Virus record (IMG/VR): IMGVR_UViG_3300006851_000691
Span: 1 to 28,922 of that record
Strand: one strand, 5' to 3'
DNA from: a virus
Lineage: Duplodnaviria; Caudoviricetes
DNA: 28,922 bases
Below are positions 25,881 to 28,922 of the stretch, piece by piece. Numbering within the stretch: position 1 is the first letter of the stretch; the number at the start of each line of letters is the position of its first letter. The notes under the pieces are model-generated. The model was not told the origin of the DNA and ran no database searches. It saw only the letters and a list, made by a program, of their open reading frames with translations. The translations under genes were made by a program, and so were the position numbers.

Positions 25881-26361
25881 AAATGATGTGTTTAGCATTG
25901 AGTGGGAAGGTTTGGACGAATTTCACCAGATGCTTGAAAACATGAGTGAAGAAGCTGAAAACATCGTCATGGAGGAAATGACCAAGTTTGGTATGTTGGC
26001 TGAGGAAGGAACAAAAGCATTAGTACACCATGATGAGGGGACGCTTGAGGATTCAATCAGCTTTGATAAAGCGAAAAGTTATGGAAGCATAATCGAAGTA
26101 AAAGGCGGAACCAATCTTGATTATGCATTGCGCCGTCACGAAGAACCTTATCGCATGGGTGTCCATCACAAGTACAAAGAAGGCAAGAAATGGCCTAACT
26201 ATTATGTAGCTGGGCGTGGACGCGGTACCTGGAATAAACCAATGTGGCGCGGTTATCGTCCTGGTCGTAAGTATATGGAAAATGCAATCAAGGCCATTGA
26301 GTCTGATTACGATAAAATGAATGCTCGTGCATTAGAACGAATATTGGAGATAGGGAAATGA
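25873..26361 (+). CDS. HK97 gp10-like neck/tail completion protein
   Basis: IEWEGLDE, DEGTLEDSI, YALRRHE, KYMENAI. Confidence 0.8.
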   Translation: MAKNDVFSIEWEGLDEFHQMLENMSEEAENIVMEEMTKFGMLAEEGTKALVHHDEGTLEDSISFDKAKSYGSIIEVKGGTNLDYALRRHEEPYRMGVHHKYKEGKKWPNYYVAGRGRGTWNKPMWRGYRPGRKYMENAIKAIESDYDKMNARALERILEIGK

Positions 26362-26774
26362 TACAAGGATATCTCAGAGAAGAACTACAAGCGGTAATTC
26401 CTGGTCTAACATGGACGGAGGATTATTATTTAGCAGATGACAATACAGGTACTGTTTATGCAACTTCAAGCGGTCAACCCGATCGTTATGATACAGAATA
26501 TCGTTATCCTGGTTATCAAGTCTGGATTCGATCATCAGACTGGGATTTTGCGAAACTGGCTGCCGAAATGGCATATATGAAACTGCACAAGAAAAGCAAT
26601 TTCAAGGTCACTGTAGACTATGAAAAAGATGGACAAGTAGTGTTAACCAAACATTATCTTGTCCTTTTTGTTGTGGCTGCAAGTGATCCTCTACGCATTG
26701 GTGACAATGACGGAATTATGGAATACAGCGTCAATTTTGACGTTACTTTGAAGGAGGAAAAATACAATGGCTGA
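26358..26774 (+). CDS. Tail terminator-like protein
   Basis: YPGYQVWIRS...EYSVNF; directly before the tail tube gene. Confidence 0.72.
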   Translation: MIQGYLREELQAVIPGLTWTEDYYLADDNTGTVYATSSGQPDRYDTEYRYPGYQVWIRSSDWDFAKLAAEMAYMKLHKKSNFKVTVDYEKDGQVVLTKHYLVLFVVAASDPLRIGDNDGIMEYSVNFDVTLKEEKYNG

Positions 26775-27348
26775 AAATAAAGAGTACATTTTTGGTGTAG
26801 CCGACATTGAAGTTGGCGAAGGAAAAGACGCAATTAATTTTGATGGTAAAGATTATTTGCAAGCAGAGGGTGGATCTTTATCTTTGGAACCTCAATACAC
26901 AGAATTCCAATTTGAGGACTTTGGAGAAACAATCGTAGAACGACGTTTATCCGGTTGGGAAGGTACGCTTACTATTGTAGCAGGTCAAGAAGACGTGAAT
27001 ATTTTGCAACTCGCTCTTGCTTCCACAGAAGAAATCACAGATACCGATGGTGGAGAGTCTGGAGCAATGGATGCTGCTATTGGGACAAAAGTGAAAGGTC
27101 GCAAAGTACGGATTCATCCAAGAATATTGCCTGACAGTGTTAAAGACATGGATTGGAACATTTACAATATGGCTTCAATCGGTGGATTTGAGCGTGAGTA
27201 TAACCAAGAACAGGGAAGTATTTCTATTGAACTGACGATGATGCCACGTGAGGGATTTGACGCATCTAAACCAGGTAACTTCTTCTATCGTGGTGGTGTG
27301 GATCCGAATGCAGAGGAAGAAGATGGTGGTGATGACGGTACACCCTAA
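26767..27348 (+). CDS. Major tail (tube) protein; predicted +1 frameshift form ends at 27403
   Basis: 193 aa, acidic, synteny; ends with an acidic linker and CCC TAA. Confidence 0.85.
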   Translation: MAENKEYIFGVADIEVGEGKDAINFDGKDYLQAEGGSLSLEPQYTEFQFEDFGETIVERRLSGWEGTLTIVAGQEDVNILQLALASTEEITDTDGGESGAMDAAIGTKVKGRKVRIHPRILPDSVKDMDWNIYNMASIGGFEREYNQEQGSISIELTMMPREGFDASKPGNFFYRGGVDPNAEEEDGGDDGTP

Positions 27349-27416
27349 TGATCCCCGTTCAATCGGGGATGCTGAAATTGAAAAAAATTTTATTATCAAT
27401 TAGGAGATGAAAATAC

Positions 27417-27659
27417 ATGGCGACAAAAGAAGAATTAAAAGAAAAGTTTTCAACAGGAAAGAAACCAACGGGTGATGATTTTGCAGAATTGATTGATGGT
27501 GTCGAAGGGCCAAAAGGGGCAACTGGTGCAGCCGGCAAAGATGGTGCTGACGGGTCGCAAGGTCCAAAAGGTGAAACTGGACCAGCGGGGAAAGATGCAA
27601 CAAATCAATTTACCGAAGACGAAGTAACTGCATTAAAAGCACTGATTGAAAAAGAGTAG
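27417..27659 (+). CDS. Small collagen-like protein (putative virion fibre/decoration)
   Basis: N-terminal LKEKFSTGKKPTGDDFAELID, 11 Gly-X-Y triplets, short C-terminal helix. Confidence 0.8.
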   Translation: MATKEELKEKFSTGKKPTGDDFAELIDGVEGPKGATGAAGKDGADGSQGPKGETGPAGKDATNQFTEDEVTALKALIEKE

Positions 27660-27679
27660 GGAATCCCTGCTCTTTTTTT
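27649..27679 (+). terminator. Intrinsic terminator
   Basis: AAAAAGAGTAGGG-AAT-CCCTGCTCTTTTTTT. Confidence 0.8.
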
Positions 27680-27708
27680 AATACCCAAATATCTAGGAGG
27701 AATCATTC

Positions 27709-28209
27709 ATGAAAGTAAATTTGAAAATCAAAGAAGGTAATACAGTACAGACAGAACAGCATGAGGTAGAAGAGTTAAGCATTCGCCAAGTGACAAATTC
27801 CATTAAAACAATTAAGGGCATTATCGATCTAGCACGTGAAGATCAGCATTTACAAGCGTCGCTTGTAGAAATGTTCGATGAAGCTCAGCAGGACAATGAA
27901 GAAAAAGAAGATGCCGAGGATTTTGGGAAAGTCGTCATGAAAAATGCTGCTGGAGCTATGGACGTGCTTCTAATGGAAGTACCGGACAAAGCATTTGAAT
28001 TGCTTTCCATTCTATCAGGCATTGAATACGAAACGCTGATGAATCAAAAGGCGGAAGATGTATTTGATATTTACGATGCTGTTATTCAAGTAAACGACAT
28101 TGGAAAACTGGTCAATCGCGCAAAAAAGTCTTTGGCATTAACGAAAGCACAAACGAAAGTTATGAATCTTTTTCCGAAGAAAGAACAACAGGTGCAGAAG
28201 CAAGCATAG
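27709..28209 (+). CDS. Tail assembly chaperone (gpG analogue)
   Basis: Between tail tube and tape measure; contains in-frame A AAA AAG. Confidence 0.85.
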   Translation: MKVNLKIKEGNTVQTEQHEVEELSIRQVTNSIKTIKGIIDLAREDQHLQASLVEMFDEAQQDNEEKEDAEDFGKVVMKNAAGAMDVLLMEVPDKAFELLSILSGIEYETLMNQKAEDVFDIYDAVIQVNDIGKLVNRAKKSLALTKAQTKVMNLFPKKEQQVQKQA

Positions 28210-28556
28210 AAGAAGCCTTTATTTTCAAACTTTCAAAGAAATTAGGCGGCAGAAAAGAGATTGTGACTAGTCCCGCGGTTGAGTTGTTTAAGTATATGGA
28301 CATGGAACTGGAGGAGGAAAGAAATCAAGCCGAGCAAGAAAAAGCAAAAATGTACATTCAGTATCTATCAAATATATTTTCTCAACCGCAAGAAGGAAAA
28401 CCCGATCCTAAATTTGCACGCGCTAAAAAGGAATTTGAAAGTTTGTTAATGCCTAAGACGAATCAAAAGGAAAAAGAATCTACAAAAGACTATGAGTGGG
28501 ATTTTGATCCCAATGAATTATTGGAGGAACAAAAAGTATTAGAAGAAAGGAGGTAA
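27709..28556 (+). CDS. Tail assembly chaperone gpGT analogue via -1 frameshift at 28122-28128 (about 282 aa)
   Basis: The -1 frame is open from the slippery heptamer (KVFGINEST...) into ORF 28263-28556. Confidence 0.85.
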
Positions 28557-28559
28557 CTT

Positions 28560-28922
28560 ATGGCAACTGTTAGAGAGTTGCAAGCTTCCTTTGTCGCAAA
28601 AGCTGACGGCATGAAGTCCACCATCCAGGGTGTTAAAAAAGAAATAGAGGGATTGGGCAAAGACACTAAAAAAGTCTCTGGTGGCATGGAAAAAGACTTT
28701 ATTAAAAGTACATCAGGTATCGCTAATTCTGTCGGTGGCTTATCTAAACATTTTCGCAACATAAGTATTAGCGCCTCTAAAAGCTTTGAAAATATCGGAA
28801 ATTCGATTCAAACAGCAGGGACATTATTGGAAATTTGGGGAGATGATATTAAAAAGACTGGTAAGACGGCTACCAAGGTTCTTTCTCCATTGACTGCTTT
28901 TTATGCAACTGCAGCTGTCACA
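28560..28922 (+). CDS. Tail tape measure protein, 5' part (runs off the window)
   Basis: RBS AAAGGAGGT; MATVRELQASFVAKADGMKSTIQGVKKEI...; open to the window end. Confidence 0.88.
   Translation, partial: MATVRELQASFVAKADGMKSTIQGVKKEIEGLGKDTKKVSGGMEKDFIKSTSGIANSVGGLSKHFRNISISASKSFENIGNSIQTAGTLLEIWGDDIKKTGKTATKVLSPLTAFYATAAVT

Noticed and set aside
1-28922. tRNA genes, integrase/att sites, IS elements, introns, reverse transcriptase/DGR
   Set aside because: None recognisable by eye; the integrase probably lies left of the window. tRNAscan/Infernal were not run.

Overview
Left/central ~29 kb of a temperate Bacillaceae-type siphovirus or prophage. The window runs through: a leftward lysogeny module (membrane protein, ImmA/IrrE protease, ImmR-like repressor; no integrase inside the window); a divergent lytic promoter with 17-bp operators; cro, Rha antirepressor and xis-like genes; a recombination module (Rad50-like ATPase split by a 1-nt frameshift, RecT, MBL nuclease); replication initiator with internal iterons plus DnaC-like loader; accessory genes (dUTPase, RusA, XtrA/YqaO-like); a late activator; PBSX-type terminase, portal, minor head, scaffold, capsid, head-tail and tail genes; and the start of the tape measure gene. 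Most notable: the major capsid and major tail genes both end in ACA-CCC-TAA-TGA followed by a hairpin. A +1 frameshift there would add near-identical 17-18 aa peptides (IGxAEIxKNFxI) to both proteins, and a small collagen-like gene follows the tail copy. This suggests a recoding-controlled shared docking tag for virion decoration. Several candidate structured or antisense RNAs are also visible. Family names come from motif recognition and synteny only; no searches were run.
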